Both the position numbers and the translations under genes were made by a program. From NCBI RefSeq assembly GCF_041146345.1, contig NW_027191413.1, positions 1,550,001-1,614,000 of the forward strand: a stretch of DNA of 64,000 nucleotides, written 5' to 3'. The notes under the pieces are model-generated. The model saw nothing but the letters and a program-made list of their open reading frames with translations, had not been told where the DNA came from and did no database searches. The DNA comes from Neodothiora populina. Lineage: Eukaryota. Of this stretch, positions 35,559 through 48,390 are shown piece after piece (the stretch's first letter is position 1; every line of letters starts with the position of its first letter).

Positions 35559-36360
35559 CTTGCACTCAGCGAGGAGAGTGCTGAATTTGTGGTGTTAAGA
35601 TAGTTTTGTATGTGGTATATGCAGATATAAAAGAAAACAAAGAGACTGATGGTTGACTTCACTTTGGCTTGCGACTCCAAATTGAGACAACAACTGTTAC
35701 ACTTTGATTCACTTCCATTGTGAGAACAAGATGAGACTGTTTACTTACCTTTGTACTCTCTATGTTTAATCATGCAAACACATGACGTCGCACTCATTCC
35801 AATGACCTCGAGTTGTCGAAACAGGCTTGTAAACATGCCAAGGACGGGCGCTTGTTGTAACGAAGATCAATATAGCAGACCCCTTTTAATTGGTCGTCGA
35901 ATAACAAGCAACCTATTGGACTCGACCTTCAACCTTGACTTGCCTTGTTTGTGGTGAAAGACATCGGCTTAATTCACCGATTTTGCAATAGGCTCGCATA
36001 AAAACGGTACACTTCAAGGAGAGACCTACAGTGACTTATATGCACCCCTTTTGACATATTGCCAGGGTTCAAATCAAGTACAAGCCCATGAGATATGCAA
36101 CCTTTTCCAAGGATGAACAAGACTTACGGGTTATGATGTTCATGCGATCGATTCGACTCCATCTAGTCGCCCTCGATCAAGTCGCATTCTTTCGTACGCC
36201 ATCGAAGCTAACACACGATTAGCCTTGAACATGAACGCCTGTATTATTGGTAATGTCTTCTTTGATGAATCTTCTTGCTCCATTTCGCATCCCCGAAAGG
36301 ACAATCTCATAACGCGTCTCTGTAGCGATCATAATCCGTGAATCATACAGCCTTGCTCTC

Positions 36361-37410
36361 CTATTCTTCCTGGCGAGGCTTCCAATCTGTGCTTTTGAAT
36401 ATCTTACTTGGTCCCTCATCTGCATTGTGGCCAGGCGCCGAAGCACCACTGTCCTTTCTCCGGCTAGACCCTGCCTCCCCTGAAGATGAAGGTGTACTCT
36501 CGAGTTGATCCATGAAAGGGCTGTAAGGCGCAGCGATGACATTCTCGCGCCCGCTAGATCCGCCTATGCCTGGTCGCATTTGCTGCTCCGAATGTAACTT
36601 GTCCAATGGCTCTCCTAAGATATGGTACTTCGCCCACTCAATCGGCGGGCATCTAACCACATCCTGAGCGGTCGGGATATTCTCAAAGACATGGTGCGAT
36701 GGCTCGCCGCTTGATACATTCGGAACCTCCCGGGAAATAGGTGTCTGCTGCGAATCTGATCTCCCTCCGTCGTACAGTTGACCGGGCCTAGAAGGCTCCG
36801 TTGAAGTTTGTGGGGTTGGGACTTCGCTTCCTTCCTTTCTTTGATCGGAATCTACTGAGCTGTTCCCATCGCTGTCGTCGTCTGGTGGCGCAATCCATGT
36901 TTTCCCTCGCGGAGGCCCAGAACTATTTGCTTGTGAAAGTACATATCGACGGAACTCTTCTGGACGCTGCATAGCCTGCCCTTTTATCCGCTCGAGGGTT
37001 TGCAAGTCATTTTGTGCCTTGACCCTTTGGAATTGAAGGCTGGAGATTGCAGCACGAAGAGCTATAGCATCTGATGAATCTTCTCCAGAGAAAGGCAGTG
37101 GCGGGGGCTGGTCTATCAGCTGCGGACTAGGACGTTGATTGAGATGTGTTCGTGGATCCGCGGAAGGCAGTCCTGAACGTGGCTGAGGTGTGTTTGTCGA
37201 ATGGCTGTTCCTCGATGCGGATGCATCACCGCCACCAATTATGACTGGATTTGCATTCCTCAAAACTGGCGTGAGGGGACTTGCTGGCGGAGCATCTGGC
37301 GAGCTCTCTCTCGTCCTGGCAAAAGTAGCCGGGTCTTGAGAGAATACTCCTGATGTCCCATGAGAACCAACAGAAGGCCGTTGTGACGACTTGACCGTGA
37401 TGAGAGGCAT
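36361..37410 (-). CDS. Intronless uncharacterised protein with ZZZ3/Ahc2-like coiled-coil region
   Basis: 349-aa ORF with DAIALRAAISSLQFQRVKAQNDLQTLERIKGQAMQRPEEF and IPTAQDVVRCPPIEWAKYHILGEPLDKLH blocks embedded in disorder. Confidence 0.8.
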   Translation of the reverse strand: MPLITVKSSQRPSVGSHGTSGVFSQDPATFARTRESSPDAPPASPLTPVLRNANPVIIGGGDASASRNSHSTNTPQPRSGLPSADPRTHLNQRPSPQLIDQPPPLPFSGEDSSDAIALRAAISSLQFQRVKAQNDLQTLERIKGQAMQRPEEFRRYVLSQANSSGPPRGKTWIAPPDDDSDGNSSVDSDQRKEGSEVPTPQTSTEPSRPGQLYDGGRSDSQQTPISREVPNVSSGEPSHHVFENIPTAQDVVRCPPIEWAKYHILGEPLDKLHSEQQMRPGIGGSSGRENVIAAPYSPFMDQLESTPSSSGEAGSSRRKDSGASAPGHNADEGPSKIFKSTDWKPRQEE

Positions 37411-38743
37411 GCGTTTGGTTTATGCACAAGTTTGTGCGCAGATCTCTTGATTAAGGAAGGTGATGAAATTAATGCAGCCGGGCTTACCGGGCTTATGCCG
37501 AAAGCTGGATTTACAAGCAGCTCTGGCTGTGAAACTTATAACGTGAGGCAGGGATCGGCACAGGTCAAGAACTCAACGCAGTACTGCTGCAGACCACCCG
37601 CGTCTGCTCGGTGAATATGGTCTTCTCAACGCTGATGTTATTGATCAGGCTGCTTGCTATTGGCACTGACCGTTTTATAAGGTCTGATTGATGGTGCTTG
37701 CCGCCAAAAGTGTGAAGGTCGATGCAGAAGTGGCAACGCCACGGGCTGCGAAGATAAGATAAGGAAAGGTTGGAGTTGGCAAGGTTCGATGCTTGTTGAA
37801 GTGTCGTGATGGGGCACGTTCCTTCTGGGGGTGCTTACGTACTTACCATAAGTGACCGCCGTAGCAAGCTTGACTCTTTTGACAGTGGAAGCTTCCTCGT
37901 CTCACAAACACGGCCCGAGTCTGTTTGCCGTCAGAGGCTCTGCCCTTTTCAAAGGCTTGGCAAATTCATGCTTGGCTTGAGTCGGACTCGACCATGCTTT
38001 GGTTTCGTCGGCTTTTGGTATACAAAGGAGTTCGTTTTTGGTCTCTGAGTTGAAGCCGAGGTTTAGCCGTGTTCAAGCGCAATCACTAATTAATAACGAA
38101 TTCCTTTGTATATACTGTACGCAGACTTGTGCCTCCCTATGCAGTATTCCCTGGATCGGCACTATGTGTAGCGAATCATGTGCACTACGAACTGTGTGCT
38201 TTCACAACACCAATGTAAGGTCGATCTTGCTTTCCGGCTTTAGAGAAGAGGGTAGACAAATCTGAGCGTTTCTTCTAAATAATTAGAGGTTACCTGCGCA
38301 CGTTGACACATTCCTCGTAACAGTCTCTATAATGCAACTCTTCACCGTGTCGTGTATGAGAAGTGACTCGACTCCAGGAGAACTTTTCAGATATTATATG
38401 CAGAATTGTCAGCTCGAGTACTTGCGACAAAATGCCTCGTCAATTGCTGGTCTATAAGAGACTACGCAGTTACTGTTGTGACTGTCCACCAATTGTTTTC
38501 CACCAAGTGCTCGACTCAATATCAGTGCCTCCCGATCATCCTTGTCAAGCGTCCCTATTGCTGTGTTACTGTATAAGCCCATAGTCTTGCTCTAGCAACG
38601 TGATCAATCCTGGATTCGTAAGTAATAGTGCAATGAAACGTATTTCGAATCCAGTCATTGGTCTGTACTCGTAGTCTTCTGTCCAACATGTCCGACCTCA
38701 TCATGACTTGTGTAGTCACACGCTACATCGCGTAGGCCATCCA

Positions 38744-39132
38744 ATGGCGAAGACCAAAAAAAAGCTCGTATTGCTTGTGAGGGGAGTTATCTACATAGTC
38801 GTCGATTGTCCAGATTGACTGATTGCTAACTTTGTTATTTACCAGGCTAACCTCTCTGGGCTAGCAGTGGTCGCTTTGCTGATCGCAGCTCGAACCAAGG
38901 TCAATCTGGACGCACAGCTGCCTTATTTCGGAATCAACACGACAAGGCATCTGCACCTCTAAATGGTGAGGACGGAGCTGAGATTACTTCTGCAGAGCTG
39001 TTCATCTCAGCTTGCGTATGCATACAAAACGAATTCAACCGCACAGGCAAAACTCTGGGCAGTCATTGCATGGACATTCGACTATATTCCGTGACTACGC
39101 TCTGGCTAGAACATTGCTTTGACTACATCTAG
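38744..39132 (+). pseudogene. Possible spliced small ORF or decayed DUF3328 (UstYa-like) gene fragment
   Basis: Canonical-looking intron 38777-38845 (GTGAGG..GCTAAC..CAG) gives a hydrophobic 49-aa peptide. A shifted frame carries SHCMDIR and EHCFDYI* ending at TAG 39130-39132. Confidence 0.25.
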
Positions 39133-41170
39133 GCCAATCTTGTGTTCATTGTTTGTGGCTCTAGACAATCATATAGAGGACGCACTTTAATTACTTGTAA
39201 TACGTTCTTGCAGGTGCAAATTATCGTCTCTAGCCAATTCGATGTCGCCAGTGCAAAGGTTGCTACCAGCAAGGACATGGTGCCAAGAGGAGTTGGGTCC
39301 TGCCACGAACACCCCGACCATTCGACGCTTTGCGAACGAACGAACATGGTCGATGCGCTCGAGGCCCATGCGACTTCCTTGGGCTCGACGATCTTCGCGC
39401 GCGCGTACAATTTACTACGGTACAGTAGCATCAGGACGGGTACAGCACTTGCACCATATGATTCTGCACGTGCTGCATGCACCTTTCCAACGCTCCCTCA
39501 CAAGAGCTTTTGGGCCTGCGAACTGCGCAATAACAAGTACTGGGCTAATCCATATCGAGAAGTTGCTGGGTGCCGCATTACGTCAGATGCATTTTGTGTT
39601 ATCGTTGCGCATCACATCATGCACCGAGATTGGGGTGGCCTCGGCAGGTCGCAAACAGCGGAGTCGGTTCAATCAAGTTACGCAAGGGACCGGGACGACA
39701 AGGATTAGGAGATTAGGACGAGTGCGTTGGCCCGTGGGCGAGGGGGCTGGGGGTGAAGCCGCTGAAAAGCTACCTAGAGGTGCCGCTATGTACTGTACCA
39801 TGGCAAGCAGGAGCTAAGAAGCTAACAGAGAGAGCTCTCACGTGGCGTCTGCTTCTCCACTTTGAGATGATTCCCACCTAAATTACAAGCATGGCCCTCT
39901 CCGAGCCCTCGCCTTCGTCTTCTCGCAAGCTGATTTGTCCATCCCTCTACCACCTCTGATTTGTCGTCGCGAGAACGCGAAGCTCATCGATAGCCGCCAG
40001 ACTGAACCCGTCAAGCTTTCTTGACAGTAGCTTCTGATAGGCTTGCACTTTTGTTGTGCCTGATATACTTATATCGAGAATATCAAGAACATAATTTATT
40101 CCACCACCAGCCCCAGTGGATCGGCGAGTCGACGAGTCGCGAACCGCGGTATTCATAGCTTCCGTCCAAACGACTGCACTGCGACAGCGCGCGTCTTCCG
40201 ACACAGAGAGCTGCGTGCTGTTATTACAGTGACTGTAACTTCATCTTCACTACTTGCCCTGCTTGACTTGAGAGCTCGATAATTCCCGGCACACCTCGAC
40301 GTCACCACCTTCTCTGGTACAGCGCAGTCATCGGTCAAGCACCGAAACTTAGGTACGTCGTTCCAACTCGAAGGATGGACGGGACGCATGCATGACTGCC
40401 AGCACACCGGTCGCGACACAGCATTGCCTACCATTGTGTCCGCAAACACGACTGCTGTGCGCTCGAAGCCTGCTGCTGACGGTCGCGCAATCTGCCTATC
40501 TCTGACCACGCTTCTTTTGGCCTGCTTGCTCGCTTCTGCCCTCTTCCGCTGTCGAGATACTGTATTTTTGACGTAAATTTCCGCGACTGACAGCTGCCCA
40601 CAGCACTTGCTCCTCATCTTGCCGAATCCGCCTATCCGTCTTCGCGCATTATTTTTTCCTGTCTCTCTCTCAGCGCACCGAGACGACGCTCTAATACTCC
40701 CAGCTCGTGGCGAGGCTGAAATTTAGATTGCATCCGCCTGGCTAAAGGGACGATTCGCGCGTCATCTTAGTGACAGCGCATTGGAGCCAGCCCATCACCG
40801 AGCACATCGCCATTCCGTCTCTCTTCCTCCTTTTTGATTCGCTGTCAACCCCAATCTTCCGCCTAGTCTTGTCCTCTAGCGCCTCTCTACTGCGACGAAC
40901 ACATCAGCCACGCTGCCTCCCGTCAACGCTTTTCAGGCACAGCCGCTGCACGATACAGTCCAGACAGCAGTGCGAAATTGAGCAGAAGCCTGCTGACTCG
41001 AGCAGTCCAATCTACGCTGTCGCCCATACAAACAGTCGCCGCAAGCCGAGTTTGCGATTGAGTCCGCACTTGGTTTCGCGAGACTCGGATCACCAACCTC
41101 GAGACAGCAATCTTACTGCAGTCATCCTGCGCATCCCCGCTATTGGGCCACGCCGGTCGCCAAACACAGT

Positions 41171-42298
41171 ATGGATCAGTATGGATACGGCCAATCACAT
41201 GGCCACAATCCCTATGCGCCTCCACCACACAACTCCAGCAACAACAACGGAGGCAACAACAACAACAATGCTGGCGTCGCTGCCACTTCTCCTGCTCAGC
41301 AGAACCAGATGCATCCTAGTCAGAACCAAGTCTCGCCGATTCTCTCATCCCAGAACCACGGTTATGCTCAACAGCAGCAGCAACAGTCACAACAGCAGAC
41401 ACAGCAACCCAACAACACCGCGACACATCAGGTCATGTCGCAGATGGGATATCCTCAGACTTACGTCTCGGGTATGCAACACTACAACGGTTTGACGCAA
41501 GCTGCTGCCATGGCTGCCACCGCGGCCGCCTCGGGATACCCGAGTGCAAACTATGGCATGTCTGACCAGGCCATGCCCGCTATGACTCAGGATCCTACGA
41601 GAGCGTCTCCTCGCATGAACGGGGCGGGAGTCAAGCCCGAGCAGCAAAGACAAGGACCGCGATCACCTTCGCAAAATCAAATGAACCTGCCCTCGAGTCT
41701 CGCAGGTCAGATGGTCATGCCACAGACTGCGCAAGCGGCGATGCAACAGCGTCGTATGAGCACCATGAGCAGCCCAGCAGTCCAGGCTCCCCCACCTTCG
41801 ATGAACCATCGCGCATCCGTATCGGGCCAGATGGTTCAGCAACAAGCTCAACAGACTCAACGACACGCATCACCTGAAACGGCAACAGGCGCGGCAGAGG
41901 AGTCTCCTCTCTACGTCAACGCCAAGCAATTCCATCGCATCTTGAAACGAAGAATGGCGAGGCAGAAGCTGGAGGATCACCTGCGTCTGACGTCCAAGGG
42001 GCGGAAACCCTATCTCCACGAATCACGCCACAACCATGCCATGAGACGACCAAGAGGACCAGGCGGGCGTTTCCTCACCGCTGAAGAGGTGGCCGCACTC
42101 GACGAGAACGGTGGTGGTGTTGACGGGGATGGCGCAAATGATGGTGCAGCCTTGTCGAATGGCACTTCCAACAACAAGAGAAAGGCAGCAGACATTGGCG
42201 ACGGTGTCAAAGTGTCGACGAAGAAGGCCAAGTCGCTGAAGCCGAATGCTCCCAAACCGAGCAATGTCAGCGATGAGGACGACGAAGACGACGGATGA
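41171..42298 (+). CDS. HAP2: CCAAT-binding complex subunit HAP2/HapB (NF-YA), intronless
   Basis: [26 protein letters not shown]...[27 protein letters not shown] core; Gln-rich N-terminus; basic KRKA..KKAK near the C-terminus. Confidence 0.97.
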   Translation: MDQYGYGQSHGHNPYAPPPHNSSNNNGGNNNNNAGVAATSPAQQNQMHPSQNQVSPILSSQNHGYAQQQQQQSQQQTQQPNNTATHQVMSQMGYPQTYVSGMQHYNGLTQAAAMAATAAASGYPSANYGMSDQAMPAMTQDPTRASPRMNGAGVKPEQQRQGPRSPSQNQMNLPSSLAGQMVMPQTAQAAMQQRRMSTMSSPAVQAPPPSMNHRASVSGQMVQQQAQQTQRHASPETATGAAEESPLYVNAKQFHRILKRRMARQKLEDHLRLTSKGRKPYLHESRHNHAMRRPRGPGGRFLTAEEVAALDENGGGVDGDGANDGAALSNGTSNNKRKAADIGDGVKVSTKKAKSLKPNAPKPSNVSDEDDEDDG

Positions 42299-42965
42299 AC
42301 AGCGATGCGTGTCGCATGCTTTTATGCGAATGACTAATGACAACAGGCGTTTCGGATGACGGCTCCTTGACGGCTCGCACCGCGCTGCGTGGGTAACGTT
42401 CCAGCTATGTGTTTTACAGCAGGCGGGGCTATGCGGCGGGGGACAGGATTGGACTTGATTCGGGTGGGCCGAAACGCTATGTATGTGCACGAGGTTCAGT
42501 GATATGGTTTGTGGACGCTCTCTTGATTCTATGGGTATACCCTCGGTAGTATGCAGCCAGTTGCGGGCTTGCTTTGGCGTTTTAAGGGAATTGAACCGAG
42601 TTCATGTATGGAGAGGTGCCGGCTCTTAGTGCTAGGTGCTGATGATTCACAAACATGAAGTGAACAAATCTCTACCTTAATCAATAATGATCTAATCTCG
42701 AAAATGGGTGACTTGTTTGGGATATCTTGTGCTATATCTACTGCACCTTAAGGTACTGTAGGTAGTGGACTGTACCGCGGCGATGCTTGAATGACAAGTG
42801 CACGGACCTCTGGCGCTGTGAATCTCGCGACTTCGTACATCCGCTTCGAATCCCCGGCTGGCAAGTATTATTGCTGAATGTTCAAGTGAGAGCGGCTGCC
42901 TCGCATCGTCATCTCGCTGGTACACACATCCAGATCCCAGCAACACAGCAGATCGTATTCCCATA

Positions 42966-43726
42966 ATGATTTGCAGTCGCTGCATCCGCGCGTCGCTGCG
43001 CTACAGCAAAGAGCAGATTTCACAGTTCCCTAGGAGAAATCTTTCGTCAACGACCAGAACAGCGGCAACGATTTCACCAAACAACGCCAATCAATCCGCT
43101 CCACGACAGGGCGATCCTGCTTCATCACACAATCCTCCTGCCGCTACGTCGACTTCGGCCGCACAGCCCTTCAGCTCTTCTCTGACGCCGGCAGCAGAAA
43201 ACCAGGCCCTGCCCGTAGCCGGAGGGAATTCGTCCCAAGCACCTGTCGCCGTCAAGAGTTCTGTCGTCGCCGGTACAATCCTCAAAGGTCTCAACTTCAC
43301 CAAGGGCAAGCAAGATCCCGTAGCCCTCGAGGATTCTGAATACCCCTCGTGGCTCTGGGGAATCCTGAATGAGGGAGAGGCCAAGTCTGGTCTTGCAGCC
43401 ACAGTAGACGAGGGCGATCTGTTCTGTAGGTCTATTCTTGCCTTGCAGCTCCATACAGTATTTGAATTCTGACATATTCTATAGCAAAATCAAAGAAACA
43501 GAGACGAAGAGCAGCCAAAGCACTACGGAAGCAACAGCTGTTGAACCCTGAGGCTCTTGCCCCGAAGATCCCAATGCACCAGCAGACCGTCGACCTCCCT
43601 CCCGGTGATGGATCATTGCAAGGCGCAATGGAGGCTGCTAGCGCTCGAGACTCCCTCACAAAGTCTCTGAGGAAAGAGAGGCGTGCCAAGATCAAAGAAG
43701 CCAACTTCTTGAAGGCAATGGGATAA
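42966..43726 (+). CDS. MRPL37: Mitochondrial large-subunit ribosomal protein mL54 (YmL37), 1 intron
   Basis: Presequence-like MICSRCIRASLR; SSVVAGTILKGLNFTKGKQDPVALEDSEYPSWLW; C-terminus LRKERRAKIKEANFLKAM. Confidence 0.92.
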
Positions 43727-43894
43727 ACATATTGTAAAAACAAAATCTCCCACAAGCAAATTGTATCAACACCTCAGCTGCTGCTGTGTGCTCAGCCATT
43801 CACATCCACGTCCCCTTCTGACTGCATTCCATCTCTGTTGCTTCCTGATCCTGACACACTTGTCGTTCGTCTCTCGGCCCTAACAGCACGCTTC

Positions 43895-44766
43895 TCAGTC
43901 GAGCCAATCCATGTAATTTTCATCCCCGAATCTCGCCTCCCCAGAACTGTTCCCACTTTCGAGATCGTCCCTTTGCATGTGGTTTCTTGCAGGCGGATCC
44001 TCAAGGAGAGTCTGTGCCTGTTTGTAGAGAGTGTCGACCGACTTCAATGCTACTGTGACAGCAGAATCCAAGACCTGCGAAAGCCGCTTAGTTGAGAGCA
44101 GGCTTCCGCGTCTAGACGACGACGGAGTGCTCTGGTACTGTTCCGCATTGTCGCTTGTTATGGCTTCGCCCTGATCCGAAATAAATACAGGGAGAACAAC
44201 AGCTTCTTTGGAGAGCATGTCTAGACTCCCCTGCTCGGTAGGCAGAGTGCCGATGCTGTGGGTCTTTGCATTGACTGACATGCCAACTTGCGGGCAGTAC
44301 GTGGGATCGTACCTGCAGCTTCGGGTGGAGACTGTCGCAGCAGGCGACCGGCTCGCTTCTTCTTGTGTAGATCCGTTGCTCATGATAGTCCGAACATGTC
44401 TTGTGTTGTGCTCGTACTTTTTCGATGCATCTTATAAGGCTTACCAACAACAAAGAACTCTCTCGTAGACAAAGGACACAACGTTTGCAGCAGCACCTGT
44501 TCGTCACCTCGATATCTCTTGCTCACCATCGATGAAGAACGGCTGTTCTTTGTCCTCAATCGCGTATCAATAGCCGTGATATCATTGCTTCTTGTCAAAA
44601 AGCCCCTGACTACAGCACGGCACTCGAGGCGATTCGATCGCAAAGAGCAGATCCGGAAGTTCGCATCCTTCTCGATTTGTGTCTTACCATAGCAATAATA
44701 TGCCGAACGTCCAGGCACGTCAGTGAACCTTATCAGAACATCGTTCACTAGAGTCTTTGATTCCAT
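43895..44766 (-). CDS. Hypothetical protein (two abutting ORFs, gene model unresolved)
   Basis: A 128-aa ORF (44766-44380) and a 162-aa ORF (44383-43895) with a GTAAGC donor near 44444. I could not find an acceptor that joins them in frame. Confidence 0.3.
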
Positions 44767-45950
44767 TGTAGAACTGCTACCCCAGCGTAAAGCGGTGAGC
44801 GAATATATGCAGCTCTATCAAGGCAAAGCATATTTCACTCTATCCTTATCATCTTGTTTACATAGCACCTCGGTGGTAAGTAAGGATATATACTACAAAA
44901 CTTCCAATTGATGGAAAAGTACCTTACCATATCATAGACACTAAGGTACCTACTGACGCTTGCCTTATCTCCTGGGTCCATATGTGTAGTGTCTTACGGA
45001 CCATGCTGATCTGCTCAGAAGACTCCCCCGCATGACCTGACCGTGATTTCACTGACGAAGGCTCACCATGTGATTGAATTCCCATTGTCTAAAGTTCCGA
45101 CTTCGACAGTACAGAAGAGACCACGCGCTCTTTGTGGTGTTACACCGATCTGATTACTGGCTTGATACAAATTCTACTTGGGCCCTCCAAGTCGTATCTA
45201 CAGGTCAAGATAGAGGCAGGCATACGACCTCGGTACTCTGTCGATCTAGCCGACATATTGCACCATCATCGAACCTTCGCTGCAATATTGGCTGAATATA
45301 CCCCTTGATTCTTCTAGAGTACGCCAACGCTATAGTGACTAAGGCACCACAATCTACCCTATCATAATGAAAACATGCGGCGAGACGGAAGAGCGAGAAA
45401 AACCGGGCCTATTGCATGAAGCACTGACGCCCACGCTAATCGACCTTAGGAAAGTCACCACAACCCTCACTGCTGTGATCCAGGCACCTACACACCTATC
45501 TCTGTAGATGAACCCATGACATCTTGCACATCTCATCGGGAACCGCTTATCAGGACCATAGTTCTCAAGATCCTGGTATGAGCAGGCACACTTCTCATAT
45601 CACTCCGCAAAGTGTTCAATGCTTTAGACGGCCACTAGCGTGGACGCCCTGCAAGTGCTCGTCTCTGCTCTTTCCTCGATGGTCTAAGCATGACATGTCT
45701 ATCATAATACAAGGTAGTATGATATCCCTCAAGCCATGCAGTGATTCGATCTCTGAGCGGCAGAGCGGCATGCTTAAGGTTGGGTCAACCGATCAGATAT
45801 TCATTTCATCTCGATTTGGCAGGACAGAGCAATGAGGTCTGTTCGTGTGATAGCGGCCAGTCGATGGTACATAAAGGTATGTCAGTCTCAATGGTTTCAA
45901 CCTCAGCAAGCTCTGTGAGATCTCTTTTCCTTTCATTGCTGCATTTCACT

Positions 45951-47965
45951 ATGCTCTTCTCCGTTTTCGCACTCGGGGCCATCTTGTCCCTCGCGCTAGC
46001 GTCCCCAGTCGGCAACTATGCAGTGCATGAAAGGCGTGACAGACCAGCCCAGGGGTGGAACAAGCTGGGACCCCTGCCTCGAAGTGTTGTTCTTCCCATA
46101 CGTATCGCGCTTGCACAGAGGAACCTCGACAGTGGCTACAAGTATCTCGAGGAAGTCAGTCATCCAGAGTCTGAGAAGTACGGTCAACACTGGTCCGCCA
46201 AAGACGTAGCGGCAATGTTCTCCCCTGATGATGAGACCGTAGACTTGGTCAAGGAGTGGCTTGCTACCTCAGGCATCTCCAACGATAGGACCAAGCTCTC
46301 GCAAGGACGCAATTGGATATCATTCAATGCCACTGCAGAAGAGGCTGAATCTTTGCTCAAGACGGAGTATCACGTCTACGAGCACACATCTGGTACTCCT
46401 CATGTGGCTTGTCAGGAGTATAGCCTCCCCACTCACCTGAAGGAGAAAATCGACTTTGTTCTACCATCTACCCACTTCGATGCTAGAATTGACCGCACGC
46501 AACGCGCAGGCCTCACCAAGCGCCAGCATGGAAATGCTAAGGATGTGGGTAAGCCTGGATCATACAGCACCCCAAGGTTTGGAAACTGGTTGAGCAAACA
46601 ACAAATCATCTCCGAGCTAGCCAATTGCGACGAACAAATTGTCCCTGATTGTCTCCGTGCTTTATACAAGTTCCCAAAGAGTGGCAGCGCCAATCACAAG
46701 AACAGCTACGGCATCGTCGAGTATAGTCCTCAATCATATCTACCATCTGATCTCGACCTGTTCTTCAGCAACTTCTCGTCCAAGCAGGTGGGCGACCGAC
46801 CCAAATTGGACTCGATCGATGGAGGTGTCCTCCAGACGGAGGTTGAGTCATTCGACTACAACGGCGAGAGTGATCTCGATCTGCAATACGCCATGTCGCT
46901 TGTGTACCCTTTGAATGTCACATTGTACCAAGTCGGAGACTTGGTCGAGGGCGCATCATTCAACAACTTCCTGGATGCACTCGATGCCTCCTACTGCGCT
47001 GGCGACGACCCTTCGCAAGACGGTGTCTACCCTGATCCGTACACAAACTATTCAGGTGCATACGAGGGGCCTGAGACTTGTGGAGGCTTTGCAGCTGCGA
47101 AAGTGATATCGACCAGTTACAGCTACAACGAGGCCGACCTCACACCAGCTTACGAGATGCGCCAATGCAACGAATACATGAAGCTTGGTCTCATGGGCAG
47201 CACCTTCCTGTATTCCTCAGGTGACTACGGTGTCGCCGGTAACGGCGGCCAATGCATCAACGACGACGGCAGCTACAACAACGGCACCTCGGGCAAATTC
47301 AACCCAAGTTTCCCATCATCATGCCCATACGTCCTCTCCATCGGCGCCACGCAGGTCAAAGACGGCGTGAACATCCTCGACGCCCTCGCGAGCGGCACAC
47401 AGCCCGAGGAAGCCTCCGAGACCGTCATCTACTCCGGCGGAGGCTTCTCGAACGTCTTCCCCATCCCCTCGTATCAAAAATCCGCCGTCCACGGCTTCCT
47501 CTCAAAACACACGCCGCCCTACGGACCCGATCGATTCAACAACTCCGGCAACACGCGCGCGTTCCCTGACGTCAGCGCCAACGGAGCAAACTACGTTGTT
47601 GCCGTCGACGGCGAATTCGCCCTGGTCTATGGCACTTCGGCCTCGTCGCCTACCTTCGGGTCTGTGCTGACTTTGATCAATGACGCGAGACTCAATGCTG
47701 GCAAGTCGTCGATTGGATTCATCAATCCTACTCTCTATGCGCACCCGGAGGTCCTGAACGATGTCACTGAGGGTGGAAACCAGGGCTGTGGCACTAATGG
47801 GTTTTCCAGCGCCAAGGGCTGGGATCCTGTTACTGGACTTGGAACGTGAGTTTTCTCTTTTTTTCAACTTCCTTTCTGTCTATCACGTCACACCATGATT
47901 GCTAATGTTGAATTACTAGGCCCAATTACCCGAAGATGAAGTCTCTCTTCCTTAGCTTGCCATGA
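45951..47965 (+). CDS. Secreted sedolisin / tripeptidyl-peptidase (S53, aorsin-like), 1 intron
   Basis: Signal peptide MLFSVFALGAILSLALA; pro-domain VSHPESEKYGQHWS; KR cleavage site; catalytic GESDLD (Glu/Asp), SSGD oxyanion and YGTSASSP (Ser); Ca-binding GWDPVTGLGTPNY. Confidence 0.95.
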
Positions 47966-48390
47966 GGAAAGCAACCCCTTTCAATGTGTTTTCGCGCGGA
48001 CTAATCTGTCCGGAGCTTGGCTTTTCTGCTTATCATGATGTGAGACGACGAAGATTTGGCTTATGGATACTCTGCTTCGAGCTGCCTACTTCTTATATGA
48101 TTCCACCAAGGAAGAAGAAAACTTTCACTTCACAGTGCTGTCTCATATCTTGCTTTTCCAAAGTGCTTGCGTCACAAGTGAAACCGAAGTCCTCATCCTT
48201 TCTACGTAAACGTTTAGTGTTCCTCGGGAAAAAGCGATTACATCTGCCTCTTTTCCTTATTGGATCATGTGATTTGACTCACGTATGTAGCATCACACAA
48301 ACATGCTCAAACGCCTCTTCTACTATTTTTCAACTACCATATCATCGATGAATCACCCAGCTAATAAAACCCATCAACGCAGTCCCAGAA

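Noticed and set aside
37838..37860. TACTTACC resembling the 5' end of U1 snRNA
   Set aside because: No following U1 stem-loops or Sm site could be recognised, and an 8-mer match is expected by chance.
45741..45950. 70-codon upstream extension of the sedolisin ORF
   Set aside because: The signal peptide starts at ATG 45951, and the upstream stretch looks like promoter or leader sequence (CATAAA, CT-rich).
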